Notes: generated by a model not told the origin, from the sequence alone. Shown: positions 40,012 through 50,967, counted from the first letter of the stretch. The stretch: 64,000 nucleotides of DNA from Candidatus Fermentibacterota bacterium (GCA_963845085.1 CAWJQI010000004.1:704001-768000); one strand, 5' to 3'. Numbers and translations: made by a program.

Positions 40012-40404
40012 TCATAACGTCAAGATGACCGATGGACACAGGCGAGCATCGTGATTTGTTTCGTGATCGCAATGTGCGCAGAAGTAAGAAAGAACGGGCA
40101 AAGTCAAAATGGGACTGAAATCCATGGCACCGGCTTTCGCCCTCTCGATATCCCTCTGCTGCGTTCTTTTATCTCCACCGCACAGAAGCACCACCAGGAT
40201 CGAACCATGCAGGAAGTAGTAGACACGATACCCGGGGCCGCAGTCGATCCTCATCTCGAGAAGGCCTTCGCCGACCGGCTGAACATCACCGGGATTGCCG
40301 AGGCTCAATCTTCTGATCCTTATCAATATCCGAACTTTTGCCTCGGAGTCCCGCAACCTTTTCAACCAGCGGTCAAACGTCTCGCTCCTGATGATCTCGA
40401 CCAT
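40012..40404 (-). pseudogene. Addiction-module killer (RelE/HigB-like) with aberrant C-terminus and no cognate antitoxin
   Basis: FDRWLKRLRD...LGNPGD...EMRIDCGPGYRVY...LLCGGDKRTQQRDIERAK, then unrelated read-through sequence. Confidence 0.75.
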
Positions 40405-40470
40405 GTGTCAACTCTAGTTTACATCATGCAATGTGTCAACTGGAGTATGCACTGCGGGAATCATGAACAG

Positions 40471-40515
40471 AAGCCGCCGGGGAACTTCCCGGCGGCCTCT
40501 ATCCCATCTGGCGGT
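40471..40515 (-). repeat. Diverged copy of tRNA-Asp 3' end plus terminator (att-like)
   Basis: AAGCCGCCGGGGAACTTCCCGGCGGCCTCTATCCCATCTGGCGGT matches the copy at 58215-58265 apart from the loop. Confidence 0.9.
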
Positions 40516-40695
40516 TTGTGTTGAATGCTTGTCGGCGGTACAACCTCCGATGCCTTCACCTCTGCCCGAATCAGAACCTGTGTTCCTGAACCTGAAGGGT
40601 GTGCAGGGGACATCAAGGTGACATATGCATATTGACTTCCTATAAAGCATCACAAATGCTTTGCATGATAGTTTTTCAACCACAGGGGATCTGAA

Positions 40696-43068
40696 TTGAG
40701 CAGACATTGTCGGGTTATCCTTTATGTAATTGCATCCCATTGTTTTGCCCTGGGCGTTGGGGATGAGGTAACGTTGCTTGTTCCGGACATTTCCTATTTC
40801 CCCAATGATCCACAAGCCAGGCAATTCACATGCAGACTTGTGTCCGAACACGCTTATTGGCTTGTTCAGGATACAACATGGTTTGATCTTCCATCCGCTG
40901 AAGACGAGTTTCAGCTGATCTGGGGAAACATCGTCACCCAGGAGAGCATCGACAGCATTTCTTCCCGGTTTGAAGGTGCCGGAGTCAGTGTGTATGACAC
41001 GGTGACGGATGAACTCGGAGAGATCCAGGAGACTGGCAATGGCGATGACAGGCTCTGGATGGTGTTTTCTGATATACCCGACTACTATTTTGTTCCGGGC
41101 ACAGGGTACATCAGGTTGAGGAACTGGGTTTACACCTGGCCGGATGACTTCGACGGGGATTCGCAGACGGGAAACAACCACGACATAGTGTATGTGAATC
41201 TCAGCCCATATAAGAACCAAACCGGCGGCCAATGGAGCGAGGTGCGAGAAGACATTCATTCGTGGTCAACGGCCTCCGGCCTGGGTCAACTGATCAGGAT
41301 GGCGGCGAATCCGAATGAAGAAAAGTGGGTGGTTCGCGGCCTGGGTGCATACGCACAATATCTGTGCTTCGGGCTTACCTCAGCCCTGAACGGAGCGATA
41401 GGAATTGAAGGATACCTTGAGGACTTCGCGATGGCGGGAGGCGTTGAACTCACCTCCTGGTGGTCAGGGAAACCCGCGAAGGATTTCTCGGCGAACCTCG
41501 GCGGGGAACTGCTCTGGTTCCAGTACGTTCGGCAGAGATCCGGTCCCGACGCGGTTCGATGCATAGCCCAGTCGGAGCTGACTGGAATGGAGGCGGTCGC
41601 ACACGCAGTGGATCCCACGGTTCCCCTTGATGAAGCTGTCGAGACGGTTGCCTACCCGCTCTATGAAGAGTGGATAATCACCAACCTGATCTCCCCCTTT
41701 GCAGAAGACTATGCCCAGGGCATCTATCATTACAGCTTTCTCGATGGGACAGGGTATGATTTTTCGATCATCGATCGTCCGGCGTCTTTCATCGGGGAGT
41801 TCGATGAGTACCCGATACCAACCTGGATAGCTCCCTGGAGCTACGGCATGAGCGCACAGGAATTTGCTTCACAGTACATTGATTTCAGCGGGAGTTTCTC
41901 GGAACACCCAACGGTCCATTTCAACGGGATGTACAACCAGAACAACGGATCGGGAAGCAACATCGACGGCGTATGGAGCGTTTGGAAAGTCGTACTTGCT
42001 TCGGATTCAACAGTTCTTTCCATCGACTCGCTGCAGTTCGATGAGCTTTACAACGGCACCTTCCAACTCGAAGGCGCACGCACATTCCTGACGCTCACAT
42101 GCAACAACCCGGGCGGCACAGCCAATATCCGCTACACTTTCAGCCAGGACACGGCCCAGAAGAGCGTTTGGACCTCGTTCCAGCAGAACCCCATGCACCC
42201 CCTCATGTTCAGTGTTTACACCTCCCTTCTCCGGGAAGAAACAGGCATGCCCTACGGCTATGACTGGGTTGGTCCCAGAGTTGAGCTTTCACTTGTCAAT
42301 CAGCAGGGCATTCCTGACAGCACTGCCACGGTTCAGATGGAGCCCCATGCGGGAACACTCTGGTTCGGCAGAACAGAAGCGTGGAGCGCAGGCGAATACA
42401 GTCTTGTTTCAAGCGGTTTCGACAGTCTTGGAAGATTTCTGAGCGATACGCTTGCTTGCGCTGTTGCCTATTCGGTAACCGGCAATACAGTTCTCGAAGC
42501 GGGTTCTGCAGATTTTACGATTGCCGACGGTTCACTGCCTCCGGGATCGGTCGTCTCCCTTGCAGAAACATCATACCCGGCTTTCAGCTGCGAGCTTGAC
42601 CTCCTCTGCAGGCCGGTTTCCGTGAGTGCGGGCGAGGGTCTGCTTTCCTTTGAATCCGGGCATGGATGTGGAACAGTTTACAGGTACAACGAAGGCACCA
42701 TTCTGGAAATGGCCTCCTTTCGTGTGTCAAACTCGATCAGGGCTTTCATTGAGGAACCGGGGGTTTACCTGCTTGCCGATGGAAGCACACCTTCGGTTCC
42801 GGAGGTTCCCCCGACCCCACGATTGAACGCACCCTTTCCAAACCCATCGGAATCATCATTCACCATAGGCTTTTCCACTCCCGGCACCGAAATCGTAACT
42901 GTTGCAGTCTTCGACCTGTGTGGCAGGAGAGTGGCAACTCCTTTTCACGGCCGGGTTCAGGGAGGGGCATACTCAGTGAACTGCGGTGATGAGTTCCCAT
43001 CGGGGATCTATTTTGCCGTGCTCTCCGCCGGAAAACATTCGGAAATTCAACGAATGGTGAAGCTGTGA
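40696..43068 (+). CDS. Large secreted protein, degenerate metallopeptidase-like, with Por-like CTD
   Basis: Signal-like N-terminus; STASGLGQLI...EEKWVVRGL occupies the position of HExxH...ExWxxEG; FPNP...FDLCGRRV. Confidence 0.7.
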   Translation: MSRHCRVILYVIASHCFALGVGDEVTLLVPDISYFPNDPQARQFTCRLVSEHAYWLVQDTTWFDLPSAEDEFQLIWGNIVTQESIDSISSRFEGAGVSVYDTVTDELGEIQETGNGDDRLWMVFSDIPDYYFVPGTGYIRLRNWVYTWPDDFDGDSQTGNNHDIVYVNLSPYKNQTGGQWSEVREDIHSWSTASGLGQLIRMAANPNEEKWVVRGLGAYAQYLCFGLTSALNGAIGIEGYLEDFAMAGGVELTSWWSGKPAKDFSANLGGELLWFQYVRQRSGPDAVRCIAQSELTGMEAVAHAVDPTVPLDEAVETVAYPLYEEWIITNLISPFAEDYAQGIYHYSFLDGTGYDFSIIDRPASFIGEFDEYPIPTWIAPWSYGMSAQEFASQYIDFSGSFSEHPTVHFNGMYNQNNGSGSNIDGVWSVWKVVLASDSTVLSIDSLQFDELYNGTFQLEGARTFLTLTCNNPGGTANIRYTFSQDTAQKSVWTSFQQNPMHPLMFSVYTSLLREETGMPYGYDWVGPRVELSLVNQQGIPDSTATVQMEPHAGTLWFGRTEAWSAGEYSLVSSGFDSLGRFLSDTLACAVAYSVTGNTVLEAGSADFTIADGSLPPGSVVSLAETSYPAFSCELDLLCRPVSVSAGEGLLSFESGHGCGTVYRYNEGTILEMASFRVSNSIRAFIEEPGVYLLADGSTPSVPEVPPTPRLNAPFPNPSESSFTIGFSTPGTEIVTVAVFDLCGRRVATPFHGRVQGGAYSVNCGDEFPSGIYFAVLSAGKHSEIQRMVKL

Positions 43069-44114
43069 GAACACGTTCTGCCATTCCTGTACTTCTCGTA
43101 TCCTTGATATCCTGTATGAAACATCCCGCAGGGCTGCCTGATCCTATCGGTTACGATGGACTCATCGAAGCGGGATGGATGTCGTTGAAAGCCGCGGAGC
43201 ATTCGAACGCCCTTGATTACTTCAGGCAGGCGATGGAAGTTGATATTTCCCGGGCAGAGGGTTTTTTGGGCGCCGGCATAAGCACCATTTACATCGGGAG
43301 CTGGAGGGAAACGGGCAGGGGTTTCCTGCAGCAGGCGATTCAGATCGATCATGGAAGCTCTGCGGTCAACATTCACACCGGCAATGTCCTTTACCAGGAC
43401 ACTCTCTGGACTGTGATAGAGTGTATAGATCCCGACCTGCCTCTGGATTCCCTCAACACATGGCTTGCTTTCACTGCTGATTCAGGGCTTGTGTGGGTTG
43501 GCCAAACAATCAGGAGCTATTTGTTGAACAATGGTTGTTCAACCGATATCAGTTACAGGCTTCTACCGAAGGCAAACGCCTTTACAGCCTGCCTTGATCT
43601 CTACAATATGCAGAGCGGTGATTTCTATGCCGCTGACAGCATACGGGATGGCTGGATTCACTTCACCGTGCCCATGCACTCCACTTCACAGGGTTCTCAA
43701 ACCACATACTACCAGTGGGTGATGGCTGACGATGGAGTTCTTTACGACTTCGCCGAGATCGATCTGGAAGGGAATTACGATCAGACCAGTCTGGATGCCC
43801 TTGCGGGGAGGGTATGTCTGGAAGACGCCTTTGGAGACGAGGGAAGCCTGCTTCAGGCAACTGCGTGCGCACAGTGCCTGATTGAAGAAGCCCCGGATTA
43901 CAGGTTCGGAAAGGGAGACGAGTTGCTGGAGTCCGTCTTCAACCTGCAGCTTAGGCACGTGGTGGGATGCGCCGCATCCTTCGCTTTCAGCAACGGGAAG
44001 TTCTCCTACTGCTGGTTTCTCTGCAGACAGGTCGGGTATGGGGAAAACCTGGACCCGGAGTCGGAAACCTTTCTGATGGATCTGCTTCTTGTCCTTGCCG
44101 AGATGGTGCAGTAA
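43065..44114 (+). CDS. Lipoprotein with N-terminal TPR
   Basis: Lipobox LISC; ALDYFRQAMEVD...AEGFLGAG; overlaps both neighbours. Confidence 0.7.
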   Translation: MRTRSAIPVLLVSLISCMKHPAGLPDPIGYDGLIEAGWMSLKAAEHSNALDYFRQAMEVDISRAEGFLGAGISTIYIGSWRETGRGFLQQAIQIDHGSSAVNIHTGNVLYQDTLWTVIECIDPDLPLDSLNTWLAFTADSGLVWVGQTIRSYLLNNGCSTDISYRLLPKANAFTACLDLYNMQSGDFYAADSIRDGWIHFTVPMHSTSQGSQTTYYQWVMADDGVLYDFAEIDLEGNYDQTSLDALAGRVCLEDAFGDEGSLLQATACAQCLIEEAPDYRFGKGDELLESVFNLQLRHVVGCAASFAFSNGKFSYCWFLCRQVGYGENLDPESETFLMDLLLVLAEMVQ

Positions 44115-46324
44115 TGACTTCGGGTGCAATCGCGCTGTCTGCCGTCGCCTTCCTTGGAACCTTTGAGCAAACATACAAGTACATGCCTGCCAATCTTTTC
44201 ATGGACTCCTTTGACGGAAGGCCGTTGATTACTTCTACCGTTCACAATTTGTCCAACCTCTGGGTACGCTTTTCAAACATAGGCCTTGTGGGAACGATGA
44301 CCTCAGACCTGACAATGGAATGGCCCGGAGGATCAGGATCCGATTACCTCTGGTACGGTGCACTCTGGGCAAGTGCCTTCGGAGAGATAACCCCTGCAAT
44401 GCTGCCCATGCCCTGCGTAAGCAGAGTCGATCTGGGAAGCTCGGAGGATGACCTTCGACCTTCCGAGAATCACCCCATGGTTAAAACGATCAATGGCGCT
44501 GTTGCCCACGAGCAGACGGCGTGGGCTCAGGATGACTGGGCTGCTGTCAATCCCAATCCCATGGGAGTTATGATTCTGGAGGAAGGCTACAGTTGGCGAA
44601 CACCGGGCTATAACAACTTCTACGCAAACCATATCAGAGTGGTTCACCAAAGCCAGTACGGCAACCCCGGAATACCACTGACCGGATTCTGCTTGTCGGT
44701 GCTGGCAGACTGCGACATCGCCACTGCTGATCCGTACGACCAGTTCTACAGCGACGACATGATCTTTTACGATGGTCACGCTATCTGGTGCAACGACCCT
44801 GATGCTTCCTTCGATTACATTTTTGACGACGGTGACAAGGCAAGTGAGTCCGACGAGTACATCTGGCAAAGAAACCCTGATGCATTCTGGGCTGACCCTG
44901 AAGACGACATCTACTACCATTACAATTACCCGGGAAGCGACGGCATCGTTGACGCCGATGTGAATTCCGACGGAGTATCGGATCACTTCACTGTTCTCTT
45001 CAAGGTATGCGGGGCCGATACCGTCTTCAGAACCGAACAGAACACCGGAATGGTTCTGTTCGCGAACGGCATGCCGGAGTTATTCTGGAAGCACACTGTA
45101 GGTGATACGGTTTACGCGGTTGTTCCAAGGAACATGAGCTACATGTGGGACGGTGACAGGCCACAATCCTACACCGACGACACGGGAGAACCAACCTGTC
45201 TGCCTCCCTGCAACGGTTTCATCGGATGGCGATTCATCGATCTGTGGGTGGTTAAGGCAGACGGAACCGTTGAGAGACCAGTTGACGTTATGGGATGCCC
45301 GGTCCCCCTTTCTCACAGCTGGTGGAACTTGATGAACGATGCCTGCTCAAGCGACACCCTGGGGTATGAAGTTGTCTGGGGGCTCAACATGGACTACAGC
45401 GGAAGAACAAGCGGCCCCGCATATCTGGCGGAATGGATCGGAGATCCCTGCACGCCGCAGGCATTTCAGCCTCAGAACCCGGGCCCTTTTCCTGTCGTGC
45501 ATGACAATCCTCTCGCTTTGGGCTACCTTCCATTTGATTACGGGTTTCTGATTTCAATGGGTCCGGTTGACCTTGCCGACGGCGACACACTGCATGTGGT
45601 GGGTGGCTGGGTGATGGGCAGGGGGCTGGATGAGTTGAGACTGAACGCCGACATCCTTCTGGATGCCTACTACAGGGATGGCGGCTGGGGAGTACCGGAT
45701 GTTCCGCCGGTGCCGTCGCTGTACTATGACGGGGCATCTGGCGTCGTGGAACTGCAGTGGAGTGACGAAACAGAGTGGTACGAACCCTTTGGAGGATACC
45801 GGCTTTATCGCTCTGTTTTCAACACCGGGGACTGGACCCTTCTCGAGGACTTTGAACGCGGGGAGTATTCGTATACAGACAGCACAGTAGTCAGAGGTTT
45901 TCCCTATTTCTACAGCCTCTGCGTTTACGATGAACTGACCGGGATAGAGAGCAGCAGAACCAACTTCAAGCAGGAACTCGATGGCACTCCCATCCCCGTG
46001 GTCCCCGGCTGGGCGGCGGACCCCCTGTGGAAGGAAAACACAAGGGTCGTTCCCAACCCCTATCAAATCAGCGCAGCATGGGAAGAGGAATACCAGAACA
46101 AGATCGCTTTCACCAACCTCCCGCCGATGTGCGACATTCGGATCTACACGCTGGCGGGAGCTCATGTGAGAACCCTTGAGCACAGGAGCTACGGAAGCGA
46201 GTGTGGGGTCGAGTACTGGGACCTTACGAATGACAGTGGGCGGTCGATCTCAACCGGGTTGTACGTATATGCCGTTCAGACGGAGAACGACCATTTCATC
46301 GGCAAGTTCGCGGTGGTGAGGTAA
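44114..46324 (+). CDS. Large secreted protein with FN3-like domain and Por-like CTD
   Basis: MEWPGGSGSDYLWYGALW, GGYRLYRS...YTD, VVPNPY...IAFTNLP...IRIYTLAG...WDL...GKFAVVR. Confidence 0.8.
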   Translation: MTSGAIALSAVAFLGTFEQTYKYMPANLFMDSFDGRPLITSTVHNLSNLWVRFSNIGLVGTMTSDLTMEWPGGSGSDYLWYGALWASAFGEITPAMLPMPCVSRVDLGSSEDDLRPSENHPMVKTINGAVAHEQTAWAQDDWAAVNPNPMGVMILEEGYSWRTPGYNNFYANHIRVVHQSQYGNPGIPLTGFCLSVLADCDIATADPYDQFYSDDMIFYDGHAIWCNDPDASFDYIFDDGDKASESDEYIWQRNPDAFWADPEDDIYYHYNYPGSDGIVDADVNSDGVSDHFTVLFKVCGADTVFRTEQNTGMVLFANGMPELFWKHTVGDTVYAVVPRNMSYMWDGDRPQSYTDDTGEPTCLPPCNGFIGWRFIDLWVVKADGTVERPVDVMGCPVPLSHSWWNLMNDACSSDTLGYEVVWGLNMDYSGRTSGPAYLAEWIGDPCTPQAFQPQNPGPFPVVHDNPLALGYLPFDYGFLISMGPVDLADGDTLHVVGGWVMGRGLDELRLNADILLDAYYRDGGWGVPDVPPVPSLYYDGASGVVELQWSDETEWYEPFGGYRLYRSVFNTGDWTLLEDFERGEYSYTDSTVVRGFPYFYSLCVYDELTGIESSRTNFKQELDGTPIPVVPGWAADPLWKENTRVVPNPYQISAAWEEEYQNKIAFTNLPPMCDIRIYTLAGAHVRTLEHRSYGSECGVEYWDLTNDSGRSISTGLYVYAVQTENDHFIGKFAVVR

Positions 46325-47341
46325 ATGAAAAGGGTGTACCTCCTTGCCTTAATTGTCCAGGCAACCGGATGCATTGATGATCCCGTGACCAATACAATCC
46401 CTGGCGAATACGAGCAGGAGTACCAGTTGATCTGGAACCTCTTTGACGGTAACTATGTGGGATTCGCGGTCAGTGGGTTCAACTGGAACGCGGTGTACGA
46501 TACATACCTTCAGCAAAGCAGGCAGGTACAATCCAGGGAGGAGATGACGGAGCTTACCCTTTCGCTGCTCGCCGGCCTTCAGGACCGTCATGTCTGTCTT
46601 GTCGATCCGGGTGGAAACACAATGCCTTCCTGGCAACCCGATCTCTTCATCAACTGCAGTGAAGAGGTTCTGATGAACTACCTCGAACCCTGGGGATTTC
46701 AATGGACGCAGGAGGATGTGTGGGGATACTGCCAGGCGGGAACCGATTCAGTACCTTACTTCGTTCTGAAATCTCTGCATCCGGAATTGAATCTGAGCCT
46801 TTTTGACAACATTCTTCTTCCGCTGATCGATGAACCCGTTCTCATCTTTGATGCAAGGCTTTGCAGTGAAGGAGCTGACGGAACCGCCTCAAACCTTGTC
46901 AGAAGGTTTGCCGACATTGAAAGAACGGTACACATGACCAGGCACAGGGTCAGCGGGTCTTCCTGGGAACTCGCCGAGCCGCAGCCGGTCTATGTGATCC
47001 CCAGGGGATGGCATTACCAGGGGCAGGTGATTCTTCTCACCGGGGAAGGCAATACAGGCTCCTCTGAGGTCTTCATCTGCGACATGGCAGAGTTTCCACA
47101 TGTGACAACAGTTGGAGACACCACCGGAGGTTCCGGAAACTGGCAGACCGAAGCATGGCTGCTTCCCGACGGGTGGCATATCGTTTGTCCGGTCGTTACA
47201 CTCGCAAGAGCGGATTCATCTCTTGTCGAGGGAACCGGGGTGTTCCCGGATCACCTCGTTGAAGCAACTGAAGCCGATTTCCAGTCCGGATACGATCCGG
47301 TTCTGGAGTACGCTCTCGACATTGCTAAAGCTCCGAGGTGA
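46325..47341 (+). CDS. S41-family peptidase lipoprotein
   Basis: LLAGLQDRHV, IFDAR, TGSSEVF, VGDTTGG, EGTGVFPD. Confidence 0.85.
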   Translation: MKRVYLLALIVQATGCIDDPVTNTIPGEYEQEYQLIWNLFDGNYVGFAVSGFNWNAVYDTYLQQSRQVQSREEMTELTLSLLAGLQDRHVCLVDPGGNTMPSWQPDLFINCSEEVLMNYLEPWGFQWTQEDVWGYCQAGTDSVPYFVLKSLHPELNLSLFDNILLPLIDEPVLIFDARLCSEGADGTASNLVRRFADIERTVHMTRHRVSGSSWELAEPQPVYVIPRGWHYQGQVILLTGEGNTGSSEVFICDMAEFPHVTTVGDTTGGSGNWQTEAWLLPDGWHIVCPVVTLARADSSLVEGTGVFPDHLVEATEADFQSGYDPVLEYALDIAKAPR

Positions 47342-48320
47342 GCGCCAGTAAAAACTCACCATTCGCATGGGTAGTGATGTCCCATGGAAAACCCTGAACA
47401 GTAACCAGATATTCTACATCTCCGGTCAGGTAATTCACGGAAACCAGCCTGCTCTCACCGCCGCCAAGGTAACTCAGTACATAGAACTTTGTTGTGCCGG
47501 GCACGCTGCAAATCTTCATGGGGTGCCCGTCCAGCTCGAAGCGATCGACCTCGGGAGGGATGAAATTCCTGCACACGGACACCAGACCGTTTTCAGCCTC
47601 CCACTCGGGATGGGTTACGGCCCATATGGATTCTGCAGGAAAGGCTGCAATGTCCATGCACGGATAACCCAGGCTGGTTGTGCTGAAATGAAAAGTAGCA
47701 AGCGAGATCATGGCAACCGATCCCGCTTCGTCCTGAAACGCAGCGAGCAGGTATTCATTCAGATACGTTTCAGCAGCAAGCGCCGAGGGACAGCCGCTCA
47801 TGGCCTGGGTAGTCCGAAGAACCGTGTTGGTGGCTGTGCTGATCTCCCTTACCCTGCAATCGCTTCCGTCGGCCAGGAAGAAGGTTTCCTGTGACGATGG
47901 ATTGGGGTAGAGAATTGAGGGCGCTGCTCCGGCTTCAAAGTCATCGGCAACCGTGTTCTCTTCAAGGTCTATTTCCAGCAGGTTGCCGGTTGCTCCGGTC
48001 AGGTAGATCGAACCGGCAACGGGATGTATCATGGAGCGGTAACCGGCACCACCGGCGAACCCCACGGTAAAGGAAGTATCCACGGTCATCTCCACTGAGT
48101 TTATTCTGAAAACATCGCCTGTGCCAGTGGATACAAGGAATTCAGTGCTTCCGATGGAACAGATGGCCCGTCCGTCGGGGATGCCTTCAAGAACTCCCAC
48201 CACGGAGTTGTCGGATACTCTCAACTTGATGACCCCAGAGTCCGTCATTGAAGAAAACTCTTCCGGATTGTAACACGAAAGGGCAAGCAGGCAGGCACAA
48301 TACAGCGGGTACTTCTTCAA
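47325..48320 (-). CDS. YncE-like beta-propeller lipoprotein
   Basis: TTG start right after the TBDR stop, lipobox ALSC, propeller-like repeats. Confidence 0.65.
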   Translation of the reverse strand: MKKYPLYCACLLALSCYNPEEFSSMTDSGVIKLRVSDNSVVGVLEGIPDGRAICSIGSTEFLVSTGTGDVFRINSVEMTVDTSFTVGFAGGAGYRSMIHPVAGSIYLTGATGNLLEIDLEENTVADDFEAGAAPSILYPNPSSQETFFLADGSDCRVREISTATNTVLRTTQAMSGCPSALAAETYLNEYLLAAFQDEAGSVAMISLATFHFSTTSLGYPCMDIAAFPAESIWAVTHPEWEAENGLVSVCRNFIPPEVDRFELDGHPMKICSVPGTTKFYVLSYLGGGESRLVSVNYLTGDVEYLVTVQGFPWDITTHANGEFLLALTSEL

Positions 48321-48321
48321 A

Positions 48322-50967
48322 CTACCACTCCACTCCAACACCAGCGTAGATGTGTCGGGCTGATGACCATGCCGCCGGATTCTGCGATAGCCCCCCGGGC
48401 TCCCCGGTGGTTTCATAGATGAACGGGTCATAAATGCGCTCGACATTCAATCTGTCGAACAGGTTGAACACGGTCATCCTGCACTCCAACATCACCTCAC
48501 CGAGGGGAATGCTTCGTGTCAGCATGAGGTCGGTCGACATGGTCCAGGGTTGCCGCGCTGTGTTTATTTCGGGGAAATCTCCCTCCGACGAGGGGCTGTA
48601 GGGATAACCGCTTCCGTACTGCCATCTCACGCCGATCCCGGCTCTCTCCAAAAAATGCCGGCCGGCAATCTCGGGGCCCTCGCCCTCCTCGAAGCTTGTG
48701 TTGGCCAGCGCGCTGATCAGATGCCTCTGATCCCAGTCGAGGTAGTTGTCATCTTCGGGTATCGTGGAGTAACCGGCCGAAGAGTATACGTACTGCTCAG
48801 TGGCCGAAGAGTACCGCCCCTCTGCAATCGAGTAGGTGTAGCTGATATTGCCGGACACGATTTCTCCCGGAAGCCTCATGAATGTAGCCTCGACTCCCTG
48901 CACGGTGGCATAACTGTCATCGTTTTCGTACATGAAGAAGGTTCCCTGCCCCTCTCCCGAAAGCGGGGACGACTGCACAAGTCCCGTGATCTCCTTGTAG
49001 AACGCCGAAAGTGAAAAGTTTGACAGCTCGCCTGTTCTGTGCCTTATGCCGGCCTCGTATGAAAGCGTTCTGACAGCGTCCAGATCCGGGTTACCCACAA
49101 TGGTGTAGTCTCCGCCCAGGTTGTAACTGGTTCCACTGAACAGCTTGTCCAGGGAAGGCATCTGGAAGTACCTGCCGTAAGTCACAAAAAACACATCCCT
49201 TTCCGATATGGGATGGTTCATCCCGAAACGCGGACTGATCTGAACCTTGACGGGCACTTCCTGCGCACCGGCCTCGCCTGGAATCGTCATCGTTGTGTTC
49301 GGGTCGAAGAGATCGGCACGAATTCCCGTTGTAAGGACCATTGCACCCGAGAAGTTTGCCGATGACTGCACGAAGGCGGAAGCCGCTCTTGGTTCGGCCT
49401 GCCAGATGTTCACCCAAATCTGAGAAGGCGAGTTAACCGCTACATTATAGTTGTAAATATCGTAGTACTTGCCCTCAACACCGGACACAAGTTTGAACAC
49501 ATCGTTCAACTGGTTGGTCATCTCCAGCCTGCCGGCAAAAACCGAGCTTCTGGAATCCATCCATACGGAGGAGTGGATCCCGTTGTGAAAAAAGCCCATC
49601 GAATCTGCTACCCTGTCCTCGAAGAACTCACCGTACCAGGCCGAAGGAGTCAGGTTCTCGCCCAGGTATCCGCCGCTCCCGTCCCTGATCCGGCTCCACG
49701 CGGAGAACTCGCTTCTCTCAAATGCCCCTTCAACAACTGTGTTCTGGCCAATCATCCTGTTCAGCCCAAGTGTTACACCCCAACTCTCGTCAAAACTCAC
49801 GGGAAGAACGTTGTCAGTGTTTCCACCCAGGTATGGAACACCCTCCACATACACGGGCTGATCGTACTTTGACCAGACCCACTCGTCCCATCCGCGCTGC
49901 CTGAAGGAGTACCTGCCAAGTATGCTGAAGCCCAGAAGGGGGTTGGGTCTGCCCGTGATGTTCAACACACCGGACAGGTTGTTCTGCCAGTTGTTGTCCC
50001 AGTTGCCCCTGCTGTCCTTCAGGTCGTATCCGCTTCTGGAATACTCCGCTGCCCCGAAGAAGAAAACTTCACCGGGGATCCGAATTCCGAAAGAGGGAAG
50101 AAGCAGCGAAGTGACCGGCTCAGGCCCGCCAAAAGAAGCGGCCCCCTGAATACCGTTACTCAGAAAACTGCCGTTTTCTGCACCGGAGGATAAACCGTCT
50201 TCGGAGGATTCGGTACCAAATGCAGTAACATCACCGCCATTTATGGCAAGATCCCCCGAATACTCGTCCCCTCCCTCCCGGGTAACCATTTTGACAACAC
50301 CGGACAGGGCATTGCCATATTCGGCTCCGAATCCTCCCGTAATGGTCGATGCCTCGGCTACAGCCGACAGAGGGATTGTAGCGGAGTATCTGCCCGTAAC
50401 AGGAGATCGCATGGAGGAACCGTCCAGAAGGAATTCCACCTCTCCGGACCTTCCTCCCCTGACATGAATTTCTCCATTTTGCGTACTGACCCCCGCCTGC
50501 CCCTGGATTACATCGATCATTCCGGTGACGGGCATGGTTTCAATCTGGTGCCTGTCGACCACGTAAATTGTTGAGGGAACAGTCTCAAGAATGTCACTTC
50601 TTTGTCCGGTAACAGTGATCACGGTGTTTCCTGCGGCTTCCGCCCCCAGTGTGATGTCGAGCACCGTATTCTGATCCGAAACAACAACGACGCCTTCAAC
50701 TGTAACGGAGGCCATCCCGACCATTCTGGCAACAACGGAGTATTGCCCGGGAGACAGCCTGGGTATGTAGTAGTAACCATCCGCATCGGACATTGAGCCT
50801 GATTGTGTCCCGACGATCAGGACAGACGCTCCAACGACCGGAGCACCCGATGAATCAGTGATTTCCCCGGTAAGCGCACCTGTTCCAAAACCGAATGCAA
50901 CGAATGGAAACGCGAGCAGAACTGCAATGCAAAGCAGACTGCATCTGCAGGAAGCAATTCCTTTCAT
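48322..50967 (-). CDS. TonB-dependent receptor with carboxypeptidase-regulatory-like N-domain
   Basis: GAPVVGASV, HVRGGRSGEV, TGGFGAEYG, SPRFG, GNPDL, YEAG, terminal aromatic (VEW). Confidence 0.93.
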   Translation of the reverse strand: MKGIASCRCSLLCIAVLLAFPFVAFGFGTGALTGEITDSSGAPVVGASVLIVGTQSGSMSDADGYYYIPRLSPGQYSVVARMVGMASVTVEGVVVVSDQNTVLDITLGAEAAGNTVITVTGQRSDILETVPSTIYVVDRHQIETMPVTGMIDVIQGQAGVSTQNGEIHVRGGRSGEVEFLLDGSSMRSPVTGRYSATIPLSAVAEASTITGGFGAEYGNALSGVVKMVTREGGDEYSGDLAINGGDVTAFGTESSEDGLSSGAENGSFLSNGIQGAASFGGPEPVTSLLLPSFGIRIPGEVFFFGAAEYSRSGYDLKDSRGNWDNNWQNNLSGVLNITGRPNPLLGFSILGRYSFRQRGWDEWVWSKYDQPVYVEGVPYLGGNTDNVLPVSFDESWGVTLGLNRMIGQNTVVEGAFERSEFSAWSRIRDGSGGYLGENLTPSAWYGEFFEDRVADSMGFFHNGIHSSVWMDSRSSVFAGRLEMTNQLNDVFKLVSGVEGKYYDIYNYNVAVNSPSQIWVNIWQAEPRAASAFVQSSANFSGAMVLTTGIRADLFDPNTTMTIPGEAGAQEVPVKVQISPRFGMNHPISERDVFFVTYGRYFQMPSLDKLFSGTSYNLGGDYTIVGNPDLDAVRTLSYEAGIRHRTGELSNFSLSAFYKEITGLVQSSPLSGEGQGTFFMYENDDSYATVQGVEATFMRLPGEIVSGNISYTYSIAEGRYSSATEQYVYSSAGYSTIPEDDNYLDWDQRHLISALANTSFEEGEGPEIAGRHFLERAGIGVRWQYGSGYPYSPSSEGDFPEINTARQPWTMSTDLMLTRSIPLGEVMLECRMTVFNLFDRLNVERIYDPFIYETTGEPGGLSQNPAAWSSARHIYAGVGVEW

